Shown one piece after another: positions 36,463 to 50,352 of a stretch of DNA of 64,000 bases. Each line of letters opens with the position of its first letter. Within the stretch, counting starts at the first letter, position 1. Both the position numbers and the translations under genes were made by a program. Under the pieces are notes generated by a model, which saw only the letters and a list, made by a program, of their open reading frames with translations, had not been told where the DNA came from and ran no database searches. This stretch comes from Schizosaccharomyces osmophilus (lineage: Eukaryota): positions 4,402,001-4,466,000 of the forward strand of contig NC_079238.1 in the NCBI RefSeq assembly GCF_027921745.1, in the 5' to 3' direction.

Positions 36463-37722
36463 TTAGATAGTCCAATTAATGAATTGTCCATCATCATCAT
36501 ATTCTGTTTGAAGGCTTTTAGATTCAAAGAATTCAATTATGTTGCCGTACGCTCGAGCTACAAGGTTGAAGCGACGATACAAGAATATTTCCTCTAACTG
36601 GCAAATTTCAGACTCATTCATTCCATTCACTTCTTCTGGAGAGTAACCTAAAAGAAACTCCAAAAGGGTTGAATGAAACTTGGGATGCTGTAAGCAACCA
36701 CTTTCATCAATAATGGTTTCAACAAAATTGTTAAACTTTAAAGCTCCCGAGTCAGCTTGTATAAAAAGATTCTTTGAATTTAATAGTTTTCTGATTTTGC
36801 TTTTCACAATTAAAACATTTACAACCCCAATGACTTGAAGTCCCGAGGAGACGGTTTGCTCTTCAAGTGCCTTTAGAGTCCATCGTTTGCTTGAATCATG
36901 TATTAAAAGCTTTAATTGATCATGGACAATCCTAGAAAATTCGCCTATTTTATTGTGATTTAAGCAACGAACTTGGACTTCGGCATCTTCTATGTTTAAT
37001 TCAGGGAGACCATGCGCATCGGCATAGACATTCATATGTGTAATATACAGCACTAGATATTAGTAAACTTCTAAATTCTTCATATAGAATGTTACCTTAC
37101 CAGTCTGAGCATTCCATTCTTCGCTTGCGAATACAAGTGGCTCGTCGTGTAAAATTAGAATTGCAGAGTAAAAGCCATCGGTTACCTCAATCAGCCTTTT
37201 TACTCTTTTTATTCCTGCTCCACATTGATAGTTCTCGACATCATGCTTCCACTGCAGAGCAACAAGAGCATGAACTGCTGTAGCTGTTTGCATATCTTTC
37301 AATAAACGAAGAGGAGACAGATTTGAAAGGTCCAAGAAGAGAAAATCTCTTTTCAAGCTATCTTCTGAAATGATCTCAATCTTACTTTCGGCATCCTCAG
37401 CACACAAAGCAAGCCGCCATTCATTCAAAGATGATCGACCCGTTACGATGTTGCTGTACACCTGGACAACATTTCCTAATTTTAAGTGTCGCAAGGTTTT
37501 ATAGCAAGGAGAAGACGATTTTACATTGTATTTTATTTTCAAGACACCTGTTTCATCCATTACTTTCAACTGGTACTGAAGGTTTCGGTGCTTAGAATCT
37601 ATTCTCATAATGTTTACAATTTCACCTTGCACGCGAAATTTCGAAGACTGGTTTTCGAGATTACATATTTTGAAAGTCTCATAGGAATTCCAATTAAAAA
37701 AATCTTCGTAGTAAACGTTCAT
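36463..37722 (-). CDS. meu32: Meiotic OB-fold protein Meu32, MEIOB-like (403 aa, 2 exons)
   Basis: Intron 37053-37100 (GTAAGG..CTAAT..TAG) joins two ORFs in frame; OB-fold motifs VMDETG and IIDESG; synteny. Confidence 0.75.
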
Positions 37723-38283
37723 GGTAAGTAATCAATTATTATTTTTCAATCCTCTTAAAAAATATAATCATGGCACTGGTTAAGTAGTCCAGATGGATGG
37801 ATGAATCCATAAGACAAATTATTCACGAATCGAAAGAGAAAACAAAAATGAAACTCGTTCCCAAGTAAAAGGTACTTAACAAGTTAGGCAATGAACGGTT
37901 ATTTACTCTTGGATTATTGAAAATGAATCATGCTGTCAAGAGTAGTTCACATACGAAGGACTATACATGAAAAACAAAACTATTTACATGGATCTTTTTG
38001 AACGCATATGACAACTACCAGGGCATTTTTGTAATTTACAACTACCCTTTTTAATTCTAGAGACAAAAGCGAGCTTACGGGAAATTTTTAACACTAAACG
38101 TTCCAATTATACACTAGTAACTATAGGAGATTATTCTCGTTTTTAAAAGATAAAGAAAACCGAGATGACAATGGGTGAATGGGTAATCAGGAGCGGAAAT
38201 GCAATTAGTTTCAAAAAGGGAGAAAAGATGTGAGCGAAATAACTGGGGAGATAAATAAAAAAGTAAAATTAGAAGGGAGAATA

Positions 38284-39225
38284 TCAAAACTTGTCGGGGG
38301 CACTCAATAAATGTCCCATTTTTTCAATTTTGGTTCGAAGATAGGCACCCACTTCAGGGCTGTCAAAACCTCCTTCATCACCTCGCCAAAACTTTGGAAT
38401 CATTGACAGTCTCTCGACCACCTGAACCTCTTTTTTTGGGCCTTCGATACTGCTGACCTTTTCAGGGTTGTTTGTCAGTAATCGGATGTTTCTTTGGCCA
38501 AGATCCAAGAGCATTGCAGTTGCAATGGCATAAGAGCGACCGTCAGCTGGATGTTGTAGGAGAAGATTAGCTTGGACAGTATCATTGCCGAGATCTTGTA
38601 GATTATATGCTTTCAATTTTTCAGACAATCCAATCCCTCGACCTTCTTGTCTCATATAAATAATAACACCATCACCTTCTTCACTAATAAGACGAGCCGC
38701 CTCGTCCAATTGTTCTCCACAATCGCAGCGAGCGGACCAAGCTGTTTCACCAGTGTAACACTCCGAATGAATTCGGACTAATGGCGTAAAGTTTTTCTTC
38801 CTGACTTCCTCTTTCTTTTCTTCACTAGCAACTAAAGCATTCGCATCGACATATGAGCTCTTCCTTCCTGGGTACAACGTTCCCACATAGGCACCACGAA
38901 TCATGCGGTCCATCTCAGTCTCTCCTTCCTGAACAGCATCAAGACTTTCTGATCGGATTTGTTTTCCAAATACAATTGCCAAATGCTCTTTGTTGTCTTG
39001 GTCGTTCTTATATAAATTTAGGAAAATTTCCGCTCCTGTCGTAGTCGGAATTCTAGCACGAACTATACATCGTACATTCGGCAGCTTTTCAGCTATTTCA
39101 ATTTTTTTTGTATCTGTCTCTAGTTCCTTCCCTGGGCTTAATATTGGCGAATTCAGACAAGATACATCAACAGGTTGTGTATTTTTGGTCTTTTTGTTGG
39201 CTTTCGTGATGCTTTCTTTTAACAT
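38284..39225 (-). CDS. rib1: GTP cyclohydrolase II (riboflavin synthesis)
   Basis: [36 protein letters not shown]. Confidence 0.95.
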   Translation of the reverse strand: MLKESITKANKKTKNTQPVDVSCLNSPILSPGKELETDTKKIEIAEKLPNVRCIVRARIPTTTGAEIFLNLYKNDQDNKEHLAIVFGKQIRSESLDAVQEGETEMDRMIRGAYVGTLYPGRKSSYVDANALVASEEKKEEVRKKNFTPLVRIHSECYTGETAWSARCDCGEQLDEAARLISEEGDGVIIYMRQEGRGIGLSEKLKAYNLQDLGNDTVQANLLLQHPADGRSYAIATAMLLDLGQRNIRLLTNNPEKVSSIEGPKKEVQVVERLSMIPKFWRGDEGGFDSPEVGAYLRTKIEKMGHLLSAPDKF

Positions 39226-39841
39226 CTCTGTAATTGTGTTTTGTTTTAGTTAAATTTTAATTTAGACAATAACAAGCAATCTCATGCGAAGGTTGTTGAA
39301 TACTTCCAGGCTTCTAATTAGTTCTGCGCTCGTATCGTGCTTTGTCATCGGTCAGCATCTGGAAACGCGGGAAGAATCACCAAAAGGAGTGAAATAATCA
39401 TTATAATACTCTAGACGTAGCATTAAAATAAAAACAAATGAAAATATGAAAAAAAGAAAAATGCGCATTGCAGCAAGTACATATTATTTTGAACAACACT
39501 ACAAAGACATAAGCGATGAACGTTTATTATTAGGTACGAAGAATTCGAAAATATCTAATTACCTTTATTGCTTATATAAAATCTCACTCATCTGATTTTT
39601 ATACCCAGGCGCCAAGCTGTAAGTTTCACCATATGGGCTACATTGGTTTTACTGTACTGAAACAAGAATAGTGATAGTACGTAGGTTTTTCGACACTTTA
39701 TACGGATGTTATAGGTATGGTCAGTAGCCAATTTATCCATAATACCATTTATTCCTTTAAATAATCTTTTCTCTATCGCTTTCTGTAACGAAGGTGAAGA
39801 CCTAAATATATACAAAAACAGATCCATAAAATAATACACAT

Positions 39842-42800
39842 CTATGAAGACTCAAGCTGAGCTCGTAATTTATCAAGCTGCATACGTACTAGTTTTGCAA
39901 ATTGCGTTTTAATTTCCTTTGAAGCCTCAGCATCCTCTTTCGGTATTCCAATAACCTCCATGGCATACTCTTGCTCATACAGGGTAGCAGGCTCTGCCAA
40001 ACTGGATAGGAAGTTAGGATGAGATACAAGATAATCAATACCATTCAGCATTTCTGCCTTCAGTTCTGATACGCGAATTTCTTGTAGTAACGCGGGGTTA
40101 AAATACTGTAAAAGGTCCATTAATAAGACCAGCATAAAAGACTCGTCTATAGACGCCAATGAAACCGAAGAAGGTGGTTGAGACCAATTTAAGAATGAGA
40201 ATTGTATCTGAGGTAAAACCAAAAGTATTAACTCTCTGGCATCGTTCATGATACGATTGCCAAGATACTTCACGATATGAAACAGTAAAGGAAGGATTCC
40301 TCGAATCCACAATTTGTATTGAACAGACGAGACGTCGGCCCCAAGTCCCCCTGTCTTTAATGAACTACTCAATGGGCTTTCCGCAATTGCAAAGAATACT
40401 CCGTGGGATGCTACCTGCTCTGCTCCAGCTGGTATGGAAGAACAAGTGACTAAAAATGACATTGCTGCGTCTGCAAAATATGGTTGACCGTCTATCAACA
40501 AAGCATGAGACCAAGAAAATAAGCGGAGACAGTTTTCTATTGATGAATGATCCATAATGATATTGATATAAAGAGACTGTAATCCCTTCATTAAATTCGA
40601 ATTGACTATGACGCTTTGAATGGCATTCAGTAAAACAATATCACTATGCACATCTGGTGTTGGTTCCGTAATCGCATGCTGAAATAACTGAGACAGCTTA
40701 CGATGACACATCGATAGGATTCCAGAAACAATACCCACCTCAATATTCGCATTCACATTAGGAGCCGATAAGAGCTTATTAAAACCGTTGTACAGAACTT
40801 GAAATAAAGGACGGTAATAATTCATTTGAAACCCGTTATTAATATCAAACAATGAGAATTTATCGGTGCTTAGTGCGCGCCATGTTAACGCCATTAGAGT
40901 TTCTAACCGTTCTTTAAGACTATCAGTATATGGTGCTGACATCGCATGCTGTGAAATATGAAAAACCAAAGCTGCTCTTTCTATAGATAAATCTCTAATA
41001 ATGAAGGAATCAACTGTATCGTTTTCAAGTGCCTCCAAAATCCAATGCATAATGTCGAAGTCCAGGAAAGATAATGTACTGTCCTCTTTAACGAAATCAA
41101 TAAATGCGGCCAAGAATATACCCCACGACCGAAGAAGTGCAGTTTGTGCATCTAATGTAGAAAGAGCATTATTAGCATTCTCTATATTGCTGATTAAAGG
41201 CTCAATATTGCCGAAAACAGACAACATGGCTTTAGCAAGATGTGTATTATAGAAGTAATTTCTTCCGTAAACAGGGGGGGTTATACCTGTATTTTTTAAA
41301 GACATTGCATTAAGTTCGTTTTGGTATTCTTCAAAATTATGATTTAAAGTTTCGAAGACTGAAGGATCATAAGTCGTTATTGTAAATGTTGTTTGTACAA
41401 GGTCATTGATAAAATCTTTCAATGGATCAATAACAAGCTTTTTCGCACTGACACTTTTATTGAATTTTGAAACATGCAACTGAATAGCTGCAATCCTTAC
41501 TGCATGAGCAGCTAAAACATAAAGATCTGCTTTGGATGTTTCAGATAATGCTGAGCTCGAAACTGTAATCGGGAGTTTAATTGCGTCGACGACTTTTTTC
41601 CAAAAGTCTGTTTCTTGCTGCGCTGTCCCGTAAGAAGCAGACCAAAAATTTCTTGATAAAAATATAAATTCAATAATAGGCACCTGTGAAGAGATGTCGT
41701 TAATGAAAAAGTTATCCATTCGTTTTTCAGCCAGATTAATAAGGCTTCTTGATGTTATTTGGGTTTGCTCATTGTGCCTTAAACTTTTCATATTCTCTAG
41801 AGGGAACTTTTTGCCAGAAAAAAGAAGTACTGCCAATCCCTGTTGTTGGCCTTTCATAATCGAAGACAAAAACTTCCAAACACATCCCTCAATATGGCTT
41901 GAATGTATAGGATTTTTCAATAAACGTACACAGACTCGTCCAACAACATCAGTAGAATTAACCATATAAGCTAAAAGAGAAGGAGTTTCGGATGGCCAAG
42001 GGGCGAGAATTAAAGAAGTAAGCAGTCTGAGGATCGAAGATACACAAGGGTAAATTTGAGGTAAAGCATAAAAAAGTTGAGGTGAACGAGAAAACAGGTT
42101 TCTCTCTAACTCGGATGGCTTCAGCTTTAAAAACCCTCTCAAGTCAATTAAAGTTTGCATTGTTTCCAAAGACGAAACGAGCCAATTCTCAGCAGCTTCA
42201 GCAAGATCATTATCTGTGGAAGAGAAAATTTCGCTATATAAAGGATTAACGCGATCCAAAATTGAAAGTAAGGGATACAAATAGCGTTTAGCATCTTGCT
42301 GTACCAAAAATCTTTGTACAATATAATTTCCCAATTGCTGTAATGGTATAATTCTCTTGTTTGTGAACTTGGATCCAAAGTACTCTATACCATATATTGC
42401 ATTAAGCAATTTTGTTATTATACTTGTGAATCGGCTACCAACTTGATATTGTTGGATGATCTTAGAGTATCTCCAATCTAGGAAATTGGCAAAGATTTCA
42501 AAGAGGCATTGAATAGTTTGCCTAACAAACTCATTTTTTAGGTTTATGGAGAAATCATCAGATATTACAGACCTTGATATGCAATTGTCGAGTAGCAATT
42601 CGTAAAGCTCAAAGAAAGCCAAAGTAAAATCGTATATACCAGTGAGTGATTCGTGTTCAAAAATTACATTGTCTAGAGATAGAACCTTTTTCAACGAGCG
42701 ACTCGCATATGCCCATATGCTAGTAGGTTCAATATAAACAAATAAACAAAGGAGTTGGCAAGATAAAACACATATTTGGTATTCGATATCGCGCAAGCTG

Positions 42801-44774
42801 GGAATCGATAAGTAGTGGTCTAGAACATTACAAATAAGATCAATAAACTCATATTCACCTTCCAATGAAAGAGAAATTGATCGAGTCAGTTCACGTATTT
42901 GGTCGGTGTTCGAATTGAACAAATCAACCAAGGTTTGTAAAAATGTCACCAAAAATTCATCGTGCACGTGATATAAATTGTTGGTCACAATGTGTTCTAA
43001 AGAAATACCAATACAAGGCCAACGTGGATAAACCACGTCCCACATGACAATGGGAGGAAACGTGTCTACAGACACAATTCTACCTCTGGTACCTTTAGGA
43101 ATAACCTTTTCTTTGTTCGGGAAGAAAAACCCAGATTGTTCCAAATGTAAAGAATCTTGCAATTCAATAAGAACATTTGTAGTAACATTCGGCTCAGGAA
43201 TAATTTCATAAGATTTGAAACCCTTCGGTAAAACTTGAGTGAAGGTGTTTATAATATTAGAATCTGGATTAAGTGGCTGTTGCAAATTTAACGAAGAAAG
43301 AACGGGAGTGACCAAGAGCGGGAACTGAGATAATTCGAAAGGGAATCTAGCTCGAGCATAAGAGAATAAATGAGCTACACTTTCAACATCGGAATAAATC
43401 TCAAAAATTTGTGGATTCTTGAAAAGAGTGGTAGCACATAAGATAACCGAAGACGAAAATTTAACATAAGAAATGGCATCCGCAAACAAAACAGCCAAAA
43501 TAACTGAATAACCATCATAATTAATGTCATTTTGTAGTGCAATCAAGATAGAGTTTATAAGAGAGAAAGGATCAAGTTTAACGGCGGAGACAACCATACT
43601 CTGATAAGAAGCCTGTGGGTTCTCGAACAGAGTTTGTGAGACCACATTAGCTTTCTCAACCATGCTTAAGTTTTCCGGATTATTATGAAGATTATGAAGA
43701 GCGATGCCCCAAGCCAAAGCCACTGGTGAGCTGATTGGATCGCCATGAAAACTTGCCATTATGTCCTGTATTTTCAAAATACAGTCTCCGGATGTCATAA
43801 AAAAGGACCTATTTTCTTGAAACGGTAAAACTTGTTTGTCTAAAGAGATGATGGTTGTCGAAATGACTGTTGCGAGATAAGTAAGCTTATTGCATAAAGA
43901 GAATCCTGTTTCCACGTCCAAATGCATAAATTCCTGATCATGCAAAAATCTTGTCTTTTTCATGCAAGAGAACCAAGCGATTGCAACTTCCGATGTACAT
44001 GGGAGGAGGGAATAGATTAATAGAAACAATACCCGGAGTAATTGCAATTGTAGGTGAAAATAAAAGAAATACCAATGAGCTAGAGTTGCTTCTCCCAGTA
44101 TACTATATTGAATTGGAGCTGCCTGATCCGAGAGTTCATTGAGATAGGCGACTAAATCAACACAATAGGCAGATGGTTCCCCAGAATTTGACCTTTTGAA
44201 TTGATCTAACACAGTGACAACCATATATTTGGAAGTTTTGTACCAAAAGTGATTCGGATCTGCGCAAGCACGAAGCAAACAGACAAACACCTTCCAACAC
44301 GAAAAGAGCTCGGCATAGTATCTCTTTTGGAATTCCTGCACAAGCTGGGTATCATCATCTGAGTAAGAAGCATGCTGAGGCATAAATTCTTCGCTGTGGG
44401 TGAGGATTACATAAAGAACACCCGCTTCATCGAAGCTCGTTAGGTCGGACAGTCTCTTTGCAAATTCCTTTTGAGACTTTTTAACGGAGTATGACTTGTT
44501 ATACACAGATAAAACGCAATCTTCTTCTTCTCCTTCAGTGGCTTTTAAAGGCTGCACGCTTCCTCGTAAAGGGTGTCGAATGTTTTGGAATGCTGAAACC
44601 CTTTCAGCTAACAAACTCTCAAACGTTTCCTTTGATATGCTTTCATTATGAGCTTGAAAGCTGCTCAAAATCCAAGCCCAGGAACTACATATTTGGTCAG
44701 TAAATGGAATACAAAACAAAAAAGAATAATCTTGCTAGATTCAACTCGACGGCATACATTAGGGAGTCACCCAT
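39842..44774 (-). CDS. nup184: Nucleoporin Nup184 (Nup188 family)
   Basis: About 1620-aa helical ORF with ARARFPF, LFSWSH, LWIRGILP; micro-exon MGDSL at 44774 followed by a GTATGC intron; synteny. Confidence 0.85.
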
Positions 44775-46013
44775 GGGAAAAAAGATTGACGAACTGACAA
44801 TCTACAAACCAAAAAGAATGAATATAGGACGAAATTTGATTCCGTTCTGAGTTTATATCGTCTCTCAATCGTTTCTTTTGTATGGGTTTTGCAACGAGTA
44901 CTGCTACTAAGGTGCCTACCATACCATAGCAAGCCGATTCAGAGTGAAGCCTAACGTTGTCTCGGTAGACTGCGCTAATAAACATTTTGTTCTCTGAATG
45001 AATAGATGAAGAAGTACAATTAACATGAAAATGAATGAGGGCTACAAATTAAAATATTTATGAATCTTTTATGTTTATGAGACATTGCTTTTTACTTAGA
45101 TTAGGAAACTGTTTGCTCTTCGTTGATGTGGCTAAAGGCAAAGATCAAACGTCTTACAAACCATCACAAGCTTTTGAGGAAGTTTAAGGCAGGTTTCCGC
45201 TTTTCAATAGGCTACTCTTTACTAGAAAAGAGGACTAATCTCTATAGAAATGTGAATTCATACGTTTCAGCGAAGGTTCCGGTTTTGTAGTTTTGTAGCA
45301 AGAACAAGAACAAGACCAGTTCGTTTTGAATAGAGGATTTTACGACTAACTCAAGTAATAATGCTGTATAAATTATATATCATAAAATATAGTAAATTTT
45401 GCCTTGTAGTAGCACTAAGTGATACGTAACTTCAATTCTACTACCAAATAGCCCAGGTATGCCCAAAAAGTCTTAACCACAACCGCTAACTGAGGATTGT
45501 CGAGCTGTCATTGAGATACTCAAAATCAAATTGGAAGGATATATTGTTCCTGTGAATTTATTAAATAAAAGAAAAGATCAAGTATAAACCGGTAAATTTG
45601 CATTTACGATTTGCCCAAGGTTAAAGACTCCTTCTACCAGAACATCAGTGAAGAGTCCTCTGTTTCGTTTTAGGGTAGAAGCACAATTGCATTGTATCAT
45701 TCCTTTGTTATACATTGATTACTGCCGACTTTTCTCTTAAGGATTTCTATCAGATAATAACTTCCTATGCAATAATCATCTGTTTGATGTCAAGTTAAAA
45801 GGTGAAAAAAAGAAGAGAATTATTTGGTTGCTGCGTTTCCTATTTCCTTGGATCATACAAGATTTTAGTCCAAATAGAATCCAATCCGACTTGAATTTTT
45901 TTTTGGCTTTTTTCACTTTTTAGGTTTGATATTTCCACAAGTTTATGATCATCTTATTTAACTTTTTGTGTTTGTATTTTTTGTTTGTTTCTAGTTCGCT
46001 TTCTCGATAGCTC

Positions 46014-48425
46014 ATGGGTAGTCAGCAATCACTACTCCAGTTAAAAAATGCTACTTTACGACTAACTGAGGAGACAAACATTCCAAAGGCAGATCGCCTA
46101 TGGGAAAGCTTTTGGTCCTTACCGGGAAGCTTGGAAGAAGTACTAGAGCATATTTCCTACAATGATGTACGAAATGCTCTGAGTAAAGCACCGGAAAATA
46201 TATATACGCTGGTCAGCATACTTTTTAAGAAGCTGATCACTTTACAAAGGTATTCCGAATTCTCTACGAATGCTAATGATCTTGCGACGAGACACGTTCT
46301 TAACAGTATGCGTGTATTGATCAGACTGATACCTATTTTGTTTGAGTCTCCAGCAGGTATTCATTGGTTTAACCAATATATGTGGTCAGAGCAGGAAAAT
46401 GGGATACCTCGAGGTGTTAATATCATGGACACTATTACAAATTATTTATTTTTAACGAACTTTACAATCCCTCCTATTGACGAGGTTTCCAACGGAGTCA
46501 GATACTGTATTTGGGAAAGTGGTATAGCATGCCAGTCACCTTTAAATAAAGAAGCAAACCTTATGGCGAATTCTGTCGAAGTTCTTCGTCTTCTATTGGC
46601 CCTCTTTTCCGAGACTCTTTATACAGGCAACAATAGATCCAGCTTTTGTTGCTCTTATGTTGCAGCCCATCCAAATAAACGTTTGACATTATGTTTGATA
46701 TGCTCTTTATTAAACACAACGATGCGTTTCAACACCCTGTGTTGGAAACCCGAGTTTGTTCCATCCAATCAATTTCCCTTGCGTATGTCGTTAATTGAAA
46801 ATTCTCTCTCAGTTTTACTTGTGATTTTATCTGAAACCAGATTTGAGTGTTTACCCGGCTTTCATATAAATGCTCAGGGAGATAATTTAAGACCCATCAA
46901 TCAGTTCTCATCGTTGTTGTCAACCTTACATTCTATTACGGACTTCCGAATTATTATAGACGGAATCAGTCGAGTACTTTATCCTTTCATGCAATCCGAC
47001 ATTCCAAAGAAGGAATCTTTGGTCATGTACGATTATTATCCGATGATATTACTGTTAAGTAGGTTGATAATTCAGTTTAACAAAGAGTTTTGTTTATATC
47101 TGATAGAAACCGATTGCGCTACTGATTTGTTTATTTTTCTAATTTATTTGAGCTTTGAATATGTTGAGGACTCCGCTACAATCTCTCATCTGAGACTGTG
47201 TGCCTTCTTGATTAAGCGGTTATTAAGTGAGCGCATTTTTTGTTATAAGCTGAATAAGCGATTCCAACAACAGGCAACTTTACCTACGAATATGAGAATT
47301 CCTTTTCGGGATGGTTCGTTTGCTGATTTTACTGTTATTGCGTTTTCAATATTGCTGCAATCAATGAAAGATGAGCAATGGGATGTGATGGAGATTATAT
47401 CAGCTTCTCTTTGTCATCTTTCCCTTTATATGAAAGAGATCAACCACAGTGCTAGTAAATCAGTACTGAGCATATTTCAAGCAGCTTCTCAGCCTGGATT
47501 TCTCGTTGCAAATGAAAACAATTACATAATACTTTGCAATATAGTTGGTGCTATCAGCAACATGCTACAGAGTCATTATTCTGTAAACCCGTTCCTTACA
47601 TATACTCTTGTCACCTATTGTCATTACGTTGAAACGCTTAGCATGTATTCATTTGGAGATATTATGAAACTGAGAGAATCAAGCCCCACAGTTCAGTCGT
47701 TATATTGGAGTCGTGATGGTAAAACCTTTTCCAGTAGATCGTTCGATGCTATATTATTTACAGCTTTTCGTATGATTAAAGAACCTCAAAAACCCGAATA
47801 TGCTGGAAAGACTTGGAAGGAAGGTGAATCAAATTTTGCTTCGGTTGTATCTGACTCAAAATTGAAAGATGAAAAAGAGCAGTTACGAAAAAATTCTAAA
47901 CCCGGAAGTATGACAGCGAATGCCGGTCATTCTGTCAGCAGGAGTGGTTCAGCTAGATTACGACCAAGACTGCACCAAAAATTGGCTGAAGATTTAAATA
48001 CCTTGAAACACCAAGAAACGAAGTTCGACTATAAGAAGCCGACAAAGAAATTGTTGACACATGCGGTCGATTATGAATTTAAGCCTACACAACAGTGGTG
48101 GGATAGTTGGTGGTCGAAAATGAATATTCAACCATTGCTTAATGTGGTTACGGCCTTGCGTCAACCACTCAATGGAATGAAGCAGCGTAACTGTTCCACT
48201 TGTGAAATATTATCTACAATAAGGAACCAAAAGTTTAGCCGAGTAACAAAACCCTCTGTACCCATGTATCATGATGGCTTATGGAAGAAAAGACAGCTTG
48301 AGTCTTCTCAAGCCTTTGTATGGACTCTGATCTACGATTTGGATAGGCCGGAACGACAAGGGCAAGGTATATGGACAAATACGAATGTGAACTCTGGCGC
48401 TCAAACAGCAACAAAAACGGGTTAA
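46014..48425 (+). CDS. hid1: HID1/Ecm30-family Golgi protein
   Basis: Myristoylation-type start MGSQQS, WESFWSLP, LNSMRVLIRLIPILFE, IWESGI, C-terminal GIWTNTNV. Confidence 0.85.
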   Translation: MGSQQSLLQLKNATLRLTEETNIPKADRLWESFWSLPGSLEEVLEHISYNDVRNALSKAPENIYTLVSILFKKLITLQRYSEFSTNANDLATRHVLNSMRVLIRLIPILFESPAGIHWFNQYMWSEQENGIPRGVNIMDTITNYLFLTNFTIPPIDEVSNGVRYCIWESGIACQSPLNKEANLMANSVEVLRLLLALFSETLYTGNNRSSFCCSYVAAHPNKRLTLCLICSLLNTTMRFNTLCWKPEFVPSNQFPLRMSLIENSLSVLLVILSETRFECLPGFHINAQGDNLRPINQFSSLLSTLHSITDFRIIIDGISRVLYPFMQSDIPKKESLVMYDYYPMILLLSRLIIQFNKEFCLYLIETDCATDLFIFLIYLSFEYVEDSATISHLRLCAFLIKRLLSERIFCYKLNKRFQQQATLPTNMRIPFRDGSFADFTVIAFSILLQSMKDEQWDVMEIISASLCHLSLYMKEINHSASKSVLSIFQAASQPGFLVANENNYIILCNIVGAISNMLQSHYSVNPFLTYTLVTYCHYVETLSMYSFGDIMKLRESSPTVQSLYWSRDGKTFSSRSFDAILFTAFRMIKEPQKPEYAGKTWKEGESNFASVVSDSKLKDEKEQLRKNSKPGSMTANAGHSVSRSGSARLRPRLHQKLAEDLNTLKHQETKFDYKKPTKKLLTHAVDYEFKPTQQWWDSWWSKMNIQPLLNVVTALRQPLNGMKQRNCSTCEILSTIRNQKFSRVTKPSVPMYHDGLWKKRQLESSQAFVWTLIYDLDRPERQGQGIWTNTNVNSGAQTATKTG

Positions 48426-48843
48426 CTGTAATTTGTCTTATCTGTCTTTATGCTTCAGGAATTTAATGTATAAATTATGTTTCTGGACAAACAGGTTTAG
48501 TGTTGGAAACAAAAGCATTGTATATTGTATTTTTTCTTTACGTTGGTGGAATAATTCATGTGTTGGAGCTAAAGTTGAGTTGTGTTTAATACGAAATGAA
48601 ATATACATCGTTTTTCAATTGACAATCTCAGAGCAAAGGAAAGCGTTCCTTGCTTATAAATATTCAAGTCTACCAAGTTTTTTAATCCATCAGTAGAATC
48701 CTTAGTCACTTATCTTATCCAATAGCACCAAAAAAATTCTATTAATTTACCGAAAACTGTACAATCGTACTTTTGAAGCTTCAAAGAGATCTGGCAGCTT
48801 ACGAGCGGGTTAGCTCCTCCGGAAACAACCAGAAAGTGATCTT

Positions 48844-49029
48844 TTACATACCAACTTCATGAGGAAGAATATGAAAGCGCTTTTTCAAAGTAAAACGCTG
48901 GCGAGAATACTTATCATCTGGAGAAAATCTTGCAGGATGAGAAGAGACAGTGGCTTTACCATTTGGAGCCCTCTTCTTCAACGTGTAAATACGCTTTCCT
49001 TCATCGTTTACGTAATACATCAAATGCAT
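48844..49029 (-). CDS. nop10: H/ACA snoRNP protein Nop10 (61 aa)
   Basis: MHLMYY...KRIYTLKK...[24 protein letters not shown]. Confidence 0.95.
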   Translation of the reverse strand: MHLMYYVNDEGKRIYTLKKRAPNGKATVSSHPARFSPDDKYSRQRFTLKKRFHILPHEVGM

Positions 49030-50352
49030 TTTGAACAATGGCTTTTTCTGGTCCGTGGATGGATGCTGGGAGGAGATGAATTGAATTGAAATCTTTGCAG
49101 GCGGTGACTGTCCTGCTTGCATTACCGAAATAAAATATTGGGGAATGGTCCCTAACTCGCTAACCACATTTTATCGAAACATACATTTACGCGTTAAACT
49201 TCGTTAAGTAAATATAAACTTATGAAGTTTCAGTGCGTAAACAAACAATGCAATGAATTAAATCAAAAGGTATGGTTATTTCTGTTGTATACTTTCTTAA
49301 AAAGCTGACATGCTGCAATTGTTTCTCTCATCTTCTTTTTGTTGCAGTCCCTATTTTTTGTCTGGAGAGCTTCACAATTTGATGAATATCCTGTGTAGTA
49401 GAATTACAAAGACAACATTCGAAGAAAACATTATGCTTCTCTTAATCCGTGAAATTGTTTATCCAACCCAGGTTCATATTGTTTTAACGAAGTAACGCCG
49501 TCAAAAAAACATACTCTTTCTGTTACTTTGGGTGCGAGCTCCATGCACTATGTATTAATACGCTAGTAAATAAACAAAAAAGTTTGAGAGTAGTAAAAGA
49601 AAAAGTGACCCATTTTCATAATCTCCTGTGATATATGCGGTTTATTGTACTTTCAGTTCATACGCAGTGTGGACCACTATGACTTTTTACCTATGAGACC
49701 ATATAACACTTGTTGATTAATAAGTATGTATTATACCTTTGAAAGAGTTCCCTGACTGGGCTGAAAGCGTAGACTATCGTAGCTGTTCAAAGTTCAAAAG
49801 TTATAGGAACCAACGTCTTCTACCTTTATGAAACCCAACTAATAGTGTAATGATTCTTGTACCATCACAAAGCAAATAAAAAGATTCGCTATTGAACTAC
49901 ACCCCCCCTCCCAAAAAAAAAAAAGAAAATTAATATATTATACAAAAAAAGACTTGAGGAGTGCTGTAAGTTTCTTCTTGCTTACTAATATTCTTCCTTA
50001 CACTTAAAAATTACAGAGCAATCAACACATATCCAACGCAAAGAAAAAAAACAAAACAAAACAGAGAAAGGAACTATCTTACTTCAAAAATATATACAAA
50101 AGAAAAATTCGCACATTTTTAGCCGCGAAAGGTTATTCATCGTATTCACATCGAAGAAAAACACAAAGAAAAGGATCATAAGTTCGAAAACTATAGTCAG
50201 CTAAACTTCATCCCTAAATTACTTTACTACTAAAAGCTAATTTATCGTTACTTGCAACATTTGTAATGACATTGGAATAGAGGATGAAAAGAGACAATTG
50301 GACGTTTGAATCATAAAGCAAATAGAGCTGAAGTGTTTTCGAGTAATAAATT

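Noticed and set aside
45000..46000. Hidden gene in the nup184-hid1 divergent interval
   Set aside because: Only isolated donor-like hexamers; no coherent ORF or RNA structure found
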